Source: a virus
IMG/VR virus record: IMGVR_UViG_3300042261_000588
Span: 1-64,000 of that record
Length of the DNA: 64,000 nt
Direction: 5' to 3' (one strand)
A model generated the notes under the pieces. That model was not told where the DNA came from and searched no databases. It worked only from the letters and a program-made list of their open reading frames with translations. The translations under genes and the position numbers were made by a program. How positions within the stretch are numbered: position 1 is the stretch's first letter; the number at the start of each line of letters is the position of its first letter. Shown piece after piece: positions 1 to 6,916 of this stretch.

Positions 1-43
1 CCGAGGCGGAAGGACGTGGCAAGGTCACGCAAGTACTCGTGAC

Positions 44-101
44 GCCGAACGACAAAACTCAGTTGCAAGCGAAGTGAGTCAACTGGAGCGCCTTGTTGGC
101 G
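44..101 (-). mobile_element. attC-like recombination site 1 (array A)
   Basis: Minus strand reads CGCCAAC, 5-nt spacer, GCT[C]CAGT ... ACTGAGT, 6-nt spacer, GTTCGGC. This is attC geometry with the extra base at position 4 of L''. Confidence 0.7.
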
Positions 102-124
102 CTCCGCTTTGAAAGGAAACGACG

Positions 125-310
125 ATGAACAAGGAAGATGTGAAGATAAGTTTTGTATTCATCGTGCTTGCGCTGCTGGTTGTCGGGCCGTCGCTGTTGT
201 TGCTCATGCAGCCCTATTTAGAGGCGAGGGCGTTCAACAAGTTCACCAGCGGACCGAAGGCGACCTATTGGGACGCACTGTGGTCCGAATTGCGAGTGAT
301 GCCGAAATGA
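125..310 (+). CDS. small membrane-anchored hypothetical protein (cassette cargo)
   Basis: RBS AAAGGA, hydrophobic N-terminal stretch, lies between attC-like sites 1 and 2. Confidence 0.7.
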   Translation: MNKEDVKISFVFIVLALLVVGPSLLLLMQPYLEARAFNKFTSGPKATYWDALWSELRVMPK

Positions 311-582
311 GTAGCGCCGAACACCGTGCTCTCCGTTTCCGGGGAGCGAGGAGAACCGAAATGACCGCACCTGAAACGCCTGCCACTCCCCGGCATACGG
401 AGGAGCAAATGGTTCTGCACCCATATCAACGCATGTTCTTGGCCGCGCCTCCGAACGTGCAACTACGGCTCATGTACGGTCGCAAGGCAGGCCGCCAGTC
501 TTGGATGGAAATGCGTCGAATCTGCCAAGCGTATCTCGAAGAGTACATACAGAACACAAGGTTGAGGCTCCGAAATGAGTGA
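307..582 (+). CDS. hypothetical cassette ORF (alternative start 361 inside the attC loop)
   Basis: ATGA overlap with the upstream stop; GAGGAG RBS plus ATG361 lie within the palindrome loop. Confidence 0.55.
   Translation: MSSAEHRALRFRGARRTEMTAPETPATPRHTEEQMVLHPYQRMFLAAPPNVQLRLMYGRKAGRQSWMEMRRICQAYLEEYIQNTRLRLRNE
316..418 (-). mobile_element. attC-like site 2 (array A)
   Basis: + strand GCCGAAC ... GCTCTCCGT/CCGGGGAG ... CTCCCCGG/ACGGAGGAGC ... GTTCTGC; extra C at L'' position 4 on the minus strand. Confidence 0.75.
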
Positions 583-625
583 GCGAATCGAGCAGATGAA
601 GGTAGCATCGGACGCCTTGCTGGGT
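549..625 (-). mobile_element. attC-like site 3 (array A), one core mutated (GCT instead of GTT)
   Basis: ACAGAAC-5 nt-GTTGAGGCT ... AGCATCGGAC-5 nt-GCTGGGT; the gene junction ATGAGTGA lies in the loop. Confidence 0.55.
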
Positions 626-772
626 GTTCCTGACCCATGCAAGACGTGTTCCGACAGGAACCAAGACCCAGACGATCCTAAAACCAACTGCTACCACTGC
701 GGGCCTCCAGCGTGGGAATGCCATGACGTTTTCTTTGCGGACGACGATACACCCAACTTAGGGCTAAAGTAG
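575..772 (+). CDS. small Cys-rich hypothetical protein (cassette cargo)
   Basis: CxxC...CxxC; start inside attC-like site 3; cassette ends at ACACCCAAC 749-757. Confidence 0.6.
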   Translation: MSERIEQMKVASDALLGVPDPCKTCSDRNQDPDDPKTNCYHCGPPAWECHDVFFADDDTPNLGLK

Positions 773-826
773 CCAGATGCTTCTGGTACTGCTTGACGGG
801 AGGGAGAGGTCACCAAAAATTTTTTA

Positions 827-854
827 TTGTATTCTGGAAGGAATCTGGTAATGT
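827..854 (+). promoter_or_regulatory. sigma70-type promoter for the ncRNA/tmRNA cluster
   Basis: TTGTAT (827-832), 16 nt, TGn-TAATGT (849-854); AT-rich UP-like tract upstream. Confidence 0.5.
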
Positions 855-875
855 AATGATGACGAGTGGATAGAT

Positions 876-1069
876 GGACATCGGTATTCCGCTCGATGAT
901 GCAGGTTGCCTAGCTGCTGCAAGGTAGGAGCGATGTTCAACTCGGTAATCGTCGGCGAAACTGTTGATTGTTCTGGTTGCCAACCGAGTATAAAGAAGTG
1001 ACGTAACAATCTGCTGGAAGTAGGCTTAGTCCGAAACCTCTCATCGGGTGCATGAAAGCCCGACTGTTC
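876..1069 (+). ncRNA. candidate ~190-nt rod-shaped ncRNA (6S-like size and shape; class unassigned)
   Basis: Nested pairings 876-884/1060-1069, 891-899/1041-1049, 903-907/1035-1039, 908-912/1021-1025, 923-928/1010-1015, 940-946/983-989; no credible ORF. Confidence 0.45.
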
Positions 1070-1078
1070 TTTGATAAT

Positions 1079-1486
1079 GGGGGCGTAAGGTATTCGACGT
1101 GTGGTGTTGAAACCTGATGACATGCCGAGGACTCAGGTTGGCCTCGTAAATCTTTCCTGAAAAACACTAACAGGCAAAACTGTTGGATCGGTGACTCGCT
1201 GGTTCTTCGGTCCGGCTTCGGCTGCTCCGATGCTGGCGGCTGCTTAACAGCACACCTCCAAAACGCCAGAGTCTCCACGACATCTGGATGAGGATTAAAG
1301 AATGTGGGTGACGATCTGCAAAGACAGATGATACCGGGAATGAGACGCACCGGGGTAGATAGTCAAAGACATCTCGGAAAGACGGGATAGACCAAGTCCG
1401 GGGTCGATAAGAATCGTGAAGAAGCATGTGTATGTTAGGTAGTATGTGTCATGCGGACAGGAGTTCGACTCTCCTCGCCTCCACCA
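1079..1486 (+). ncRNA. ssrA: tmRNA
   Basis: 5' GGGGGCG pairs with 3' CGCCTCC-ACCA with a G3:U70 Ala determinant; T-arm AGGAG-TTCGACT-CTCCT; 5' TTCGAC motif; tag frame 1173-1247 encodes (A)GKTVGSVTRWFFGPASAAPMLAAA*. Confidence 0.96.
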
Positions 1487-1510
1487 TTTTTCTGAAAGTC
1501 GAAAAAAGTG

Positions 1511-1540
1511 TTGCAAACTTTCAGAGATAGAGAGTATAGT
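1511..1540 (+). promoter_or_regulatory. sigma70-type promoter upstream of the hairpin RNAs and tRNA
   Basis: TTGCAA-18 nt-TATAGT; the -35 box is enclosed by a 9-bp inverted repeat TCTGAAAGT (1491-1499)/ACTTTCAGA (1517-1525). Confidence 0.6.
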
Positions 1541-1542
1541 AT

Positions 1543-1638
1543 TCTTGTGAACTAATCAAACTCCTTCAGTGTTGAGATACTTCTATAGAAAAGACAGCGT
1601 TCTCAATGCGACTATTGGAGTTTGATTAGTTCACAAGA
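1543..1638 (+). ncRNA. candidate Y-like RNA 1
   Basis: Perfect 22-bp terminal stem, internal loop CC-TTCA-G / C-GACTATT-GG, 9-bp inner stem with G:U pairs; close to the Ro60 gene. Confidence 0.55.
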
Positions 1639-1641
1639 TTT

Positions 1642-1739
1642 GGTTGATGCCTTCAGTTTGTGGTTGGATGGACGCTTTAGCGGCCAAGATCAGAGATTTT
1701 AATGGGAAAAAACACCACAAACGTCTATCGGTGTCGGCT
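1642..1739 (+). ncRNA. candidate Y-like RNA 2
   Basis: 10-bp G:U-rich terminal stem, matching internal loop CC-TTCA-G / C-GTCTATC-GG, perfect 9-bp inner stem GTTTGTGGT/ACCACAAAC. Confidence 0.55.
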
Positions 1740-1745
1740 TTTGAT

Positions 1746-1822
1746 TGCGGGGTGGAGCAGCCAGGTAGCTTAGCAGGTTCATAACCTGAAGGTCGCAGGT
1801 TCAAATCCTGCCCCCGCTACCA
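1746..1822 (+). tRNA. tRNA-Met(CAT), initiator (fMet)-like
   Basis: 77-nt cloverleaf close to bacterial tRNA-fMet, 1:72 mismatch (U:U), A11-U24, encoded CCA. Confidence 0.95.
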
Positions 1823-1827
1823 ATCAA

Positions 1828-1868
1828 AGCCGGACATCTATAAAAGGATGTTCGGTTTTTTGTTTTTT
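1828..1868 (+). terminator. intrinsic terminator-like hairpin after the tRNA
   Basis: AGCCGGACATC/GATGTTCGGTT stem followed by T tracts. Confidence 0.6.
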
Positions 1869-1965
1869 AGGATGGCAATGTTCTATGTGGAACATTGATA
1901 ATAAGGGTGCCGTAAGGCACAGAATTGGTGGCAGAAATGTCACCTTCAAGGAGGATGATAGAAGA

Positions 1966-3720
1966 ATGAGCACGTTCAAGACGGTAGCGAGGAAGAGGGC
2001 TGCGGCGGCACGTCTGCCGAGCAACGCAAAGACTGTTACGGTCAACCGGGCAGGTGGAGTGGCGTTTGAGGTCTCTGACCCGGCGTTGAAGCTCATCACC
2101 ATGACTGGTGGTTCGTTTTTCGCAGAGCCGAAGTTCTATAATGCTGCGGTCTGTGTGCCGAAGCGTGGGACTGGTGGCAAGTTCGATAAGCTGGCCGAGA
2201 GGCTGGAGATCGTGGATGGCAAGCTGAAGGGCTTTATCACCTGTGATGAGCTCCCGGAAACTGCCCGTGAGGTGATTTCTACGGCTTTGGATGTTGCACG
2301 GGGTAAGACTCCCGAGGACATTCTGGCTATCGCCAACTGGCTTCGTAACGAGATGAACATCCGTTTGACCCCGCAGGTCTTATTGGTGTTGGCCTCTCAT
2401 GTTGATGGCACGAAGCCTTTGGTACGGAAGTACGCTCCGTACATCGTGAAGCGTCCGGACGAGGTGAAGACCTGTTTGCTGGTTCATCGGTTTCTGTTCG
2501 GACTGAAGAATCTGCCGAATAGTTTGGCTACCGGTCTGTCTGATGCGGTGGGTAAGTTCGGTGAGCGTGGACTGATGAAGTATGACGACACTGGCTTCCC
2601 GACTTGGAAGGACGTGCTTTGCTGGCTTCCTCGTAAGGCTGGTTGGCCTTTGAATGGTGAGGTTGCCAAGTATTTCATCACCGGGAAGATCGATGACCCT
2701 GCAAAGACTCCGATCATCGCCGCTCGTAAGGAGTTGGCGAAGAAGACGGTGTTTGACGATGAGGCTCGTGATCTGGCGAAGAAGTCACAGGTCAATTGGG
2801 AGGTCTTGCTGTCTCAATTCGGCAAGGAGAAGAATGCGGTGTGGTCGTTCCTGATCAACAATGGTCTGGTCGGTTACATGGCTCTTCTTCGTAACCTGCG
2901 GAACATCATAGAGGCGAAGGTTTCCAAGGATGTCATTCAGAAGGTGTCGGACAAGCTCTCGAACAAGGACGAGGTTGTGAAGTCGAAGCAACTGCCGTTC
3001 AGGTTCCTGTCTGCGAAGACGGCACTGGATGGGATGTCTGGCGAATTCGATCTTGCAGACTTATCGGAGGTCGAGGCAGCTATTGAACTAGCCGCAAACG
3101 AGTCATGTTACAATATCCCGGTTATTCCGGGTGAGACCATGCTGTTTGCTGATAACTCTGGTTCAATGACGAGTAACACTCTGTCTGAGAGGTCGGCTCG
3201 TGACTGTCGTGATGCAGCGAACATGCTTGCGGGAATCGCAGCCAAGGCGTGCGAGAGGGCATATTTATTCTCTTTCGGAACGAATGTGAAGGAGGTTCGC
3301 TTCGCCAAGACGAATACCGTTATGGGCGTCTGTGAGAAGGTGAAGAAGTCTGGTAATGGGGGTGGAACGAATGGTCATTTGTGCATTGAACACCTGATCA
3401 ATTCGGGTAAGACTCCGGCACGGGTAATCATCCTGACAGACTGCCAGATGTGGGTCGATTGTCAAAATGGTGGTGGTCAGCCGTTTGCAGATGCATGGGC
3501 GAAGTACAGGAAGTCAAGTAAGGCTGCGGCTGAGACTTGGCTCCACCTCGTTCACCTTAACGGGTACGGCGATGCTCCGGTTGATGCCGGGGATCATGTC
3601 AATCAAGTTGGAGGCTTCAGTGAGAAGATTTTCTCTATGATGCTTCAAGCCGAGGGCATTGGAGGAACGGTTGCTCTGCCGACAGTGGAGCAGGTTCGTG
3701 AGAAGTGGACCGTGAAGTAG
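1966..3720 (+). CDS. rsr: Ro60/Rsr-like TROVE + vWA RNA-binding protein
   Basis: N-terminal NRAGGVAF, WLRNEMNIR, KRPDE, GYMALLRNLRNI, KSKQLPFRFLSA; MIDAS DNSGS...GGTN...ILTD; RBS AAGGAGG before ATG1966. Confidence 0.93.
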   Translation: MSTFKTVARKRAAAARLPSNAKTVTVNRAGGVAFEVSDPALKLITMTGGSFFAEPKFYNAAVCVPKRGTGGKFDKLAERLEIVDGKLKGFITCDELPETAREVISTALDVARGKTPEDILAIANWLRNEMNIRLTPQVLLVLASHVDGTKPLVRKYAPYIVKRPDEVKTCLLVHRFLFGLKNLPNSLATGLSDAVGKFGERGLMKYDDTGFPTWKDVLCWLPRKAGWPLNGEVAKYFITGKIDDPAKTPIIAARKELAKKTVFDDEARDLAKKSQVNWEVLLSQFGKEKNAVWSFLINNGLVGYMALLRNLRNIIEAKVSKDVIQKVSDKLSNKDEVVKSKQLPFRFLSAKTALDGMSGEFDLADLSEVEAAIELAANESCYNIPVIPGETMLFADNSGSMTSNTLSERSARDCRDAANMLAGIAAKACERAYLFSFGTNVKEVRFAKTNTVMGVCEKVKKSGNGGGTNGHLCIEHLINSGKTPARVIILTDCQMWVDCQNGGGQPFADAWAKYRKSSKAAAETWLHLVHLNGYGDAPVDAGDHVNQVGGFSEKIFSMMLQAEGIGGTVALPTVEQVREKWTVK

Positions 3721-3741
3721 TCTTTACGGGTAAAACAAAAA

Positions 3742-3779
3742 GGGAGTTGATACTGGAAACGGTATTGACTCCCTTTTTT
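3742..3779 (+). terminator. intrinsic terminator of rsr
   Basis: 14-bp stem, GAAA loop, T6 tail. Confidence 0.9.
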
Positions 3780-3790
3780 CTTTATAGTAA

Positions 3791-3815
3791 TAATTCTTTG
3801 ATATTTTGTATATAG
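3791..3815 (+). promoter_or_regulatory. candidate phage late promoter motif
   Basis: TAATTCTTTGATA-N7-TATAG; similar copies at 6880, 15894 and 54500. Confidence 0.55.
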
Positions 3816-3865
3816 GTGTAGGATCGCACGGTCAAAAGATTGTTCAGAGAAAGGGAGGAATGATT

Positions 3866-4102
3866 ATGGTCTACAGGAGTAATCCGACGGATAAGCAGCA
3901 GAATGAAATCGAAGTAGCAGCCAATGAGGGCGGTATTCCCGTTCTGATGGATGCCAAGACGAGGGTTATTGGAAAGGCTTTGAACACGGCGCCTTTGAAG
4001 ACCAATCATGGTTCTGCGGTTGGTGGAGAGAGAAATAATGCTGGCGTTGTGATCCCGCATTCTGATCGTCCTGGAAAATTTGAAACTCCGGGTAAGGCGT
4101 AA
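3866..4102 (+). CDS. small hypothetical protein, paralog of 54541-54804
   Basis: RBS GGGAGG; YRxNxTDKQQ N-terminus and FxxPGK C-terminus shared with the paralog. Confidence 0.85.
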   Translation: MVYRSNPTDKQQNEIEVAANEGGIPVLMDAKTRVIGKALNTAPLKTNHGSAVGGERNNAGVVIPHSDRPGKFETPGKA

Positions 4103-4114
4103 AGGAGAATCGAC

Positions 4115-4369
4115 ATGATTATTCAGCGGAATGAAGTTAAGGTCGCTCAGGAACTGGTTGCTGTTGCGAAAGAGTTACAGGCATTGGGAATAGGGCAGGA
4201 TATGGCGGCTGATCCAGATGCAGTTGGTAAGCTGGCCGATAAGCTCTTGTCTCGTCTTGGTCCTGCTAAGTCTCATCCGCTTCGGACTTACGGCATAGTA
4301 GACCTTCGTCCGACAGACACGGTTGAACAGCTCGCTCGTGCTTGGGCAACGGTGCTTCTTGCTCAATAA
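4115..4369 (+). CDS. hypothetical protein with N-terminal VAQELVAVAKEL helix
   Basis: RBS AAGGAG; ORF track. Confidence 0.8.
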   Translation: MIIQRNEVKVAQELVAVAKELQALGIGQDMAADPDAVGKLADKLLSRLGPAKSHPLRTYGIVDLRPTDTVEQLARAWATVLLAQ

Positions 4370-4417
4370 CTAAGCAATTTTAGTCTCTAAGAGTGAGTGT
4401 AAGGCGGAGGAAGTGTT

Positions 4418-4849
4418 ATGGCATGGAACGGAGCCGGATCAAGTTGGCAGTATTCTCGTTGGGTGCGTAATGCATCTAGGAATGCTAGGATTACCAATCC
4501 AACTGGATTGGAAGAACTTCTGTATCGAGTTTGTGTGGCATCATTCTATGATCCCATTGCAAACACGGGTACAAGACCTTGGTTAAAAGAAGAGTATTTT
4601 AAGAGGGCAACGGCAGCGGCTGTCGGAAGTGCATATCAGTGCAATTTGGCTACTGAGCCTATTTCGGTCATAGTCGAATTGGTTGATGTGATAGGACGAG
4701 ACCTGAAGAGGCTTCCTGTCACTGACGCCGAGAAATCGGTTTTGGACGTTCTCGGATGGATTCAGGAGAGTACTCTTGCTATTCAGAGGCGTTTAGGAAC
4801 CGGAACTAGGTTCGGCGGTGTTGGTGGTTCGATAGTCACCGTTGTATAA
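4418..4849 (+). CDS. hypothetical (probable virion) protein
   Basis: RBS GGAGG; operon context. Confidence 0.8.
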   Translation: MAWNGAGSSWQYSRWVRNASRNARITNPTGLEELLYRVCVASFYDPIANTGTRPWLKEEYFKRATAAAVGSAYQCNLATEPISVIVELVDVIGRDLKRLPVTDAEKSVLDVLGWIQESTLAIQRRLGTGTRFGGVGGSIVTVV

Positions 4850-4860
4850 GGAGAAGAATT

Positions 4861-5067
4861 ATGGCAAGTAGAGAACTTATTCAGAATTCGTGTGACGCTA
4901 TCGTTCGGACCGCTACGATCACAGAGGCTGATTGTGATGCGCTGGCAGTTTCTTTGATAGCCAGAAATGCTGAATTGGCAGACCCCACAGTATACGATGC
5001 AGCATTCGTCACGCTAAATACCATCATGGTGTCTCTCGGGGCATCAACTTATGATCTTGGCAACTAG
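4861..5067 (+). CDS. hypothetical protein
   Basis: RBS AAGGAG. Confidence 0.75.
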   Translation: MASRELIQNSCDAIVRTATITEADCDALAVSLIARNAELADPTVYDAAFVTLNTIMVSLGASTYDLGN

Positions 5068-5233
5068 TGTGATTGCACGAGATGATCAAAGAGAAGTAAA
5101 CAATCTTCCCAAGTTGCACGGAGACCAGCAACATTTTGTATTCAGACATCGTGGATCGAAAGAACCATCGGTTACTGCAGGAGAAATTGAGGTTTTGAAG
5201 TCTAAGGTTCAGAGGGCATTGGACCTGACATAA
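5051..5233 (+). CDS. hypothetical protein
   Basis: Overlaps the upstream stop and fills the gap. Confidence 0.5.
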   Translation: MILATSVIARDDQREVNNLPKLHGDQQHFVFRHRGSKEPSVTAGEIEVLKSKVQRALDLT

Positions 5234-5314
5234 GGATTTCCGGCGACGTAAAGTCATCGGGAAACGGAGTTGGATGTTCTAACTTCGGAAGTATTAATAA
5301 GTATGGAGGATGCA

Positions 5315-6277
5315 ATGGCTACTACAGTAGCGAATGAGAAGTGGATTCTGACAGTCAAGGAACTTCACTTTGGATACTGCAAGGAAACATTCCGAGCAGG
5401 AGCAGTCATCGAACTGGATGAGTCTAATGGCAGGCTCATTATTGACGGTCGGCGTTTCAATGATACCCGTGACTTGGATGTTCTGAAACGTCATTCTCAA
5501 AACTTCCCGAATAATCCTTGGGTGATTCCTTATTCCGAAGAGGCGAAAGCGGAAGTCGTTGAGGCAATTCGTCCCAAGCCGGTGAGTCAGCAGAAGATTC
5601 TTAAGCCTGATCAGCAGATGCAGGTTATCAAGTCCGATCAGGACCTCAATGAGGAAATTGACATCAGTGCAACGAAGGTGTCGAAAATCAACTCTCTGGC
5701 CAAGGAAGCTGCCAGAGCCAAGGTCAAGACTGACGGCATGGAAATCATCCGTGGCGATGAGTCAGTCGAAGATCGTCTGGAGAGTCTGAAGGGTAAGACG
5801 GATATTGGCTCCATCGCAGAGAGGGCTCGTCTGAAGGCGACTGGTTCGGTAAAGATGGCTGTCGTCAAAGATGATAATCTAGGTGCTGGTTTCGTCGGCA
5901 AAGCTCATATGTCTATGAATGCCGGACAACACCTTCCTTCCAGAGAAGAAGCTGATGCCAAGAAAGAAGACGCTAAGGCGTTGGCCGATACCCGAAAGAA
6001 GGAATCTGCAAAGCTCAGAGGCAGAGCCGTAGTCGAAGGGGATGACCAAGTAGGTGCTCGTGTCGTAGAAGGCGATGGCGAGGCTCCCGAGGACATTGGT
6101 GAGGCTTCTGAACAGTCCACTATGGTATCCCAGAACGAGGGTCTAAAGGCTGAAAACGAGGCTCTGAAGGCTCGTTTGGACCGTTTGGAGAAGATGTTGA
6201 GTGCTCAAACGGCTCCAAAGGTTGATGCACCACGTCGTGGTCGTCCGCCGAAGAGTTTGGGCGAGGAATGCCGGTAA
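5315..6277 (+). CDS. hypothetical charged protein with C-terminal coiled coil and AT-hook-like RRGRPPK
   Basis: RBS GGAGG before ATG5315. Confidence 0.8.
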   Translation: MATTVANEKWILTVKELHFGYCKETFRAGAVIELDESNGRLIIDGRRFNDTRDLDVLKRHSQNFPNNPWVIPYSEEAKAEVVEAIRPKPVSQQKILKPDQQMQVIKSDQDLNEEIDISATKVSKINSLAKEAARAKVKTDGMEIIRGDESVEDRLESLKGKTDIGSIAERARLKATGSVKMAVVKDDNLGAGFVGKAHMSMNAGQHLPSREEADAKKEDAKALADTRKKESAKLRGRAVVEGDDQVGARVVEGDGEAPEDIGEASEQSTMVSQNEGLKAENEALKARLDRLEKMLSAQTAPKVDAPRRGRPPKSLGEECR

Positions 6278-6294
6278 TCACGGGGGAGTAATTC

Positions 6295-6588
6295 ATGCAG
6301 TTTCCATTTCAATGCAAGAAATGCGGGAAACGGTTTGATGGGGAGTACCCGATTGGTAAAGCACCACGGGTTACTCCCTGTCCTTCATGTAAAGGCACGG
6401 CAAACCGTATCTATGAAGGGCTGAGTCTCTCCGTAAAGGTAGGCGGAGATTTTATTCGTTCGTCTAAATTTGGAGAAGAGATGAAGGCTAAAAACTCGAA
6501 AGCCGCTTATAGACAAAAGGGTCGAAAGGCTCCAGTCCGCCTGGCAGCCTACGATCACGGTAACGGCGATGTTCGAGAAGTAAAATGA
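6295..6588 (+). CDS. FmdB-like zinc-ribbon protein
   Basis: FQCKKCGKRF...CPSC motif. Confidence 0.7.
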   Translation: MQFPFQCKKCGKRFDGEYPIGKAPRVTPCPSCKGTANRIYEGLSLSVKVGGDFIRSSKFGEEMKAKNSKAAYRQKGRKAPVRLAAYDHGNGDVREVK

Positions 6589-6601
6589 AGGAGAAGGCTG
6601 C

Positions 6602-6874
6602 ATGAATGAAGTAAATAGTTCTCCTGCGACTATCAGATTGTATCGTACATCCGATCTGTATTTCGCAGCATTCCTCTGCAGCCTCGATTTCCAGTTGAAG
6701 ACAACAGAAACTTCCAATACGCCGGATGGAGGCAAGAAGGTTGTCTTCGTGTTTGCTCTTCCTGACCAGGACCTTGCTAGGACAAAGGCAATGTATTTTG
6801 GAGGAACAGGAACAGTCAAGGCTCGTGTCTTCGTAGATCATTTGAGAAGCCTCAAGCAAATTTGCTACTGCTGA
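6602..6874 (+). CDS. DUF5659-like small phage protein
   Basis: YRTSDLYFAAFL...KVVFVF motif. Confidence 0.6.
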   Translation: MNEVNSSPATIRLYRTSDLYFAAFLCSLDFQLKTTETSNTPDGGKKVVFVFALPDQDLARTKAMYFGGTGTVKARVFVDHLRSLKQICYC

Positions 6875-6879
6875 TGTAA

Positions 6880-6904
6880 TAAATATCTGATACTTGGCAC
6901 ATAA
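6880..6904 (+). promoter_or_regulatory. candidate phage late promoter motif
   Basis: TAAATATCTGATA-N7-CATAA. Confidence 0.4.
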
Positions 6905-6916
6905 ATAGAGGTGCCA

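Noticed and set aside
860-1070. RNase P RNA, SRP RNA, hammerhead or group I intron
   Set aside because: Lacks GAGGAAAGUCC, the SRP domain IV motif, an intact CUGAUGA core and a correctly ordered P7 pairing.
824-1516. Minus-strand ORFs 824-1123, 937-1350, 1167-1427 and 1295-1516
   Set aside because: Antisense shadows of the tmRNA and the upstream structured RNA.
1885-1965. N-terminal extension of Ro60 given by the ORF track
   Set aside because: The strong RBS precedes ATG1966 and the upstream segment is a hairpin-rich leader.
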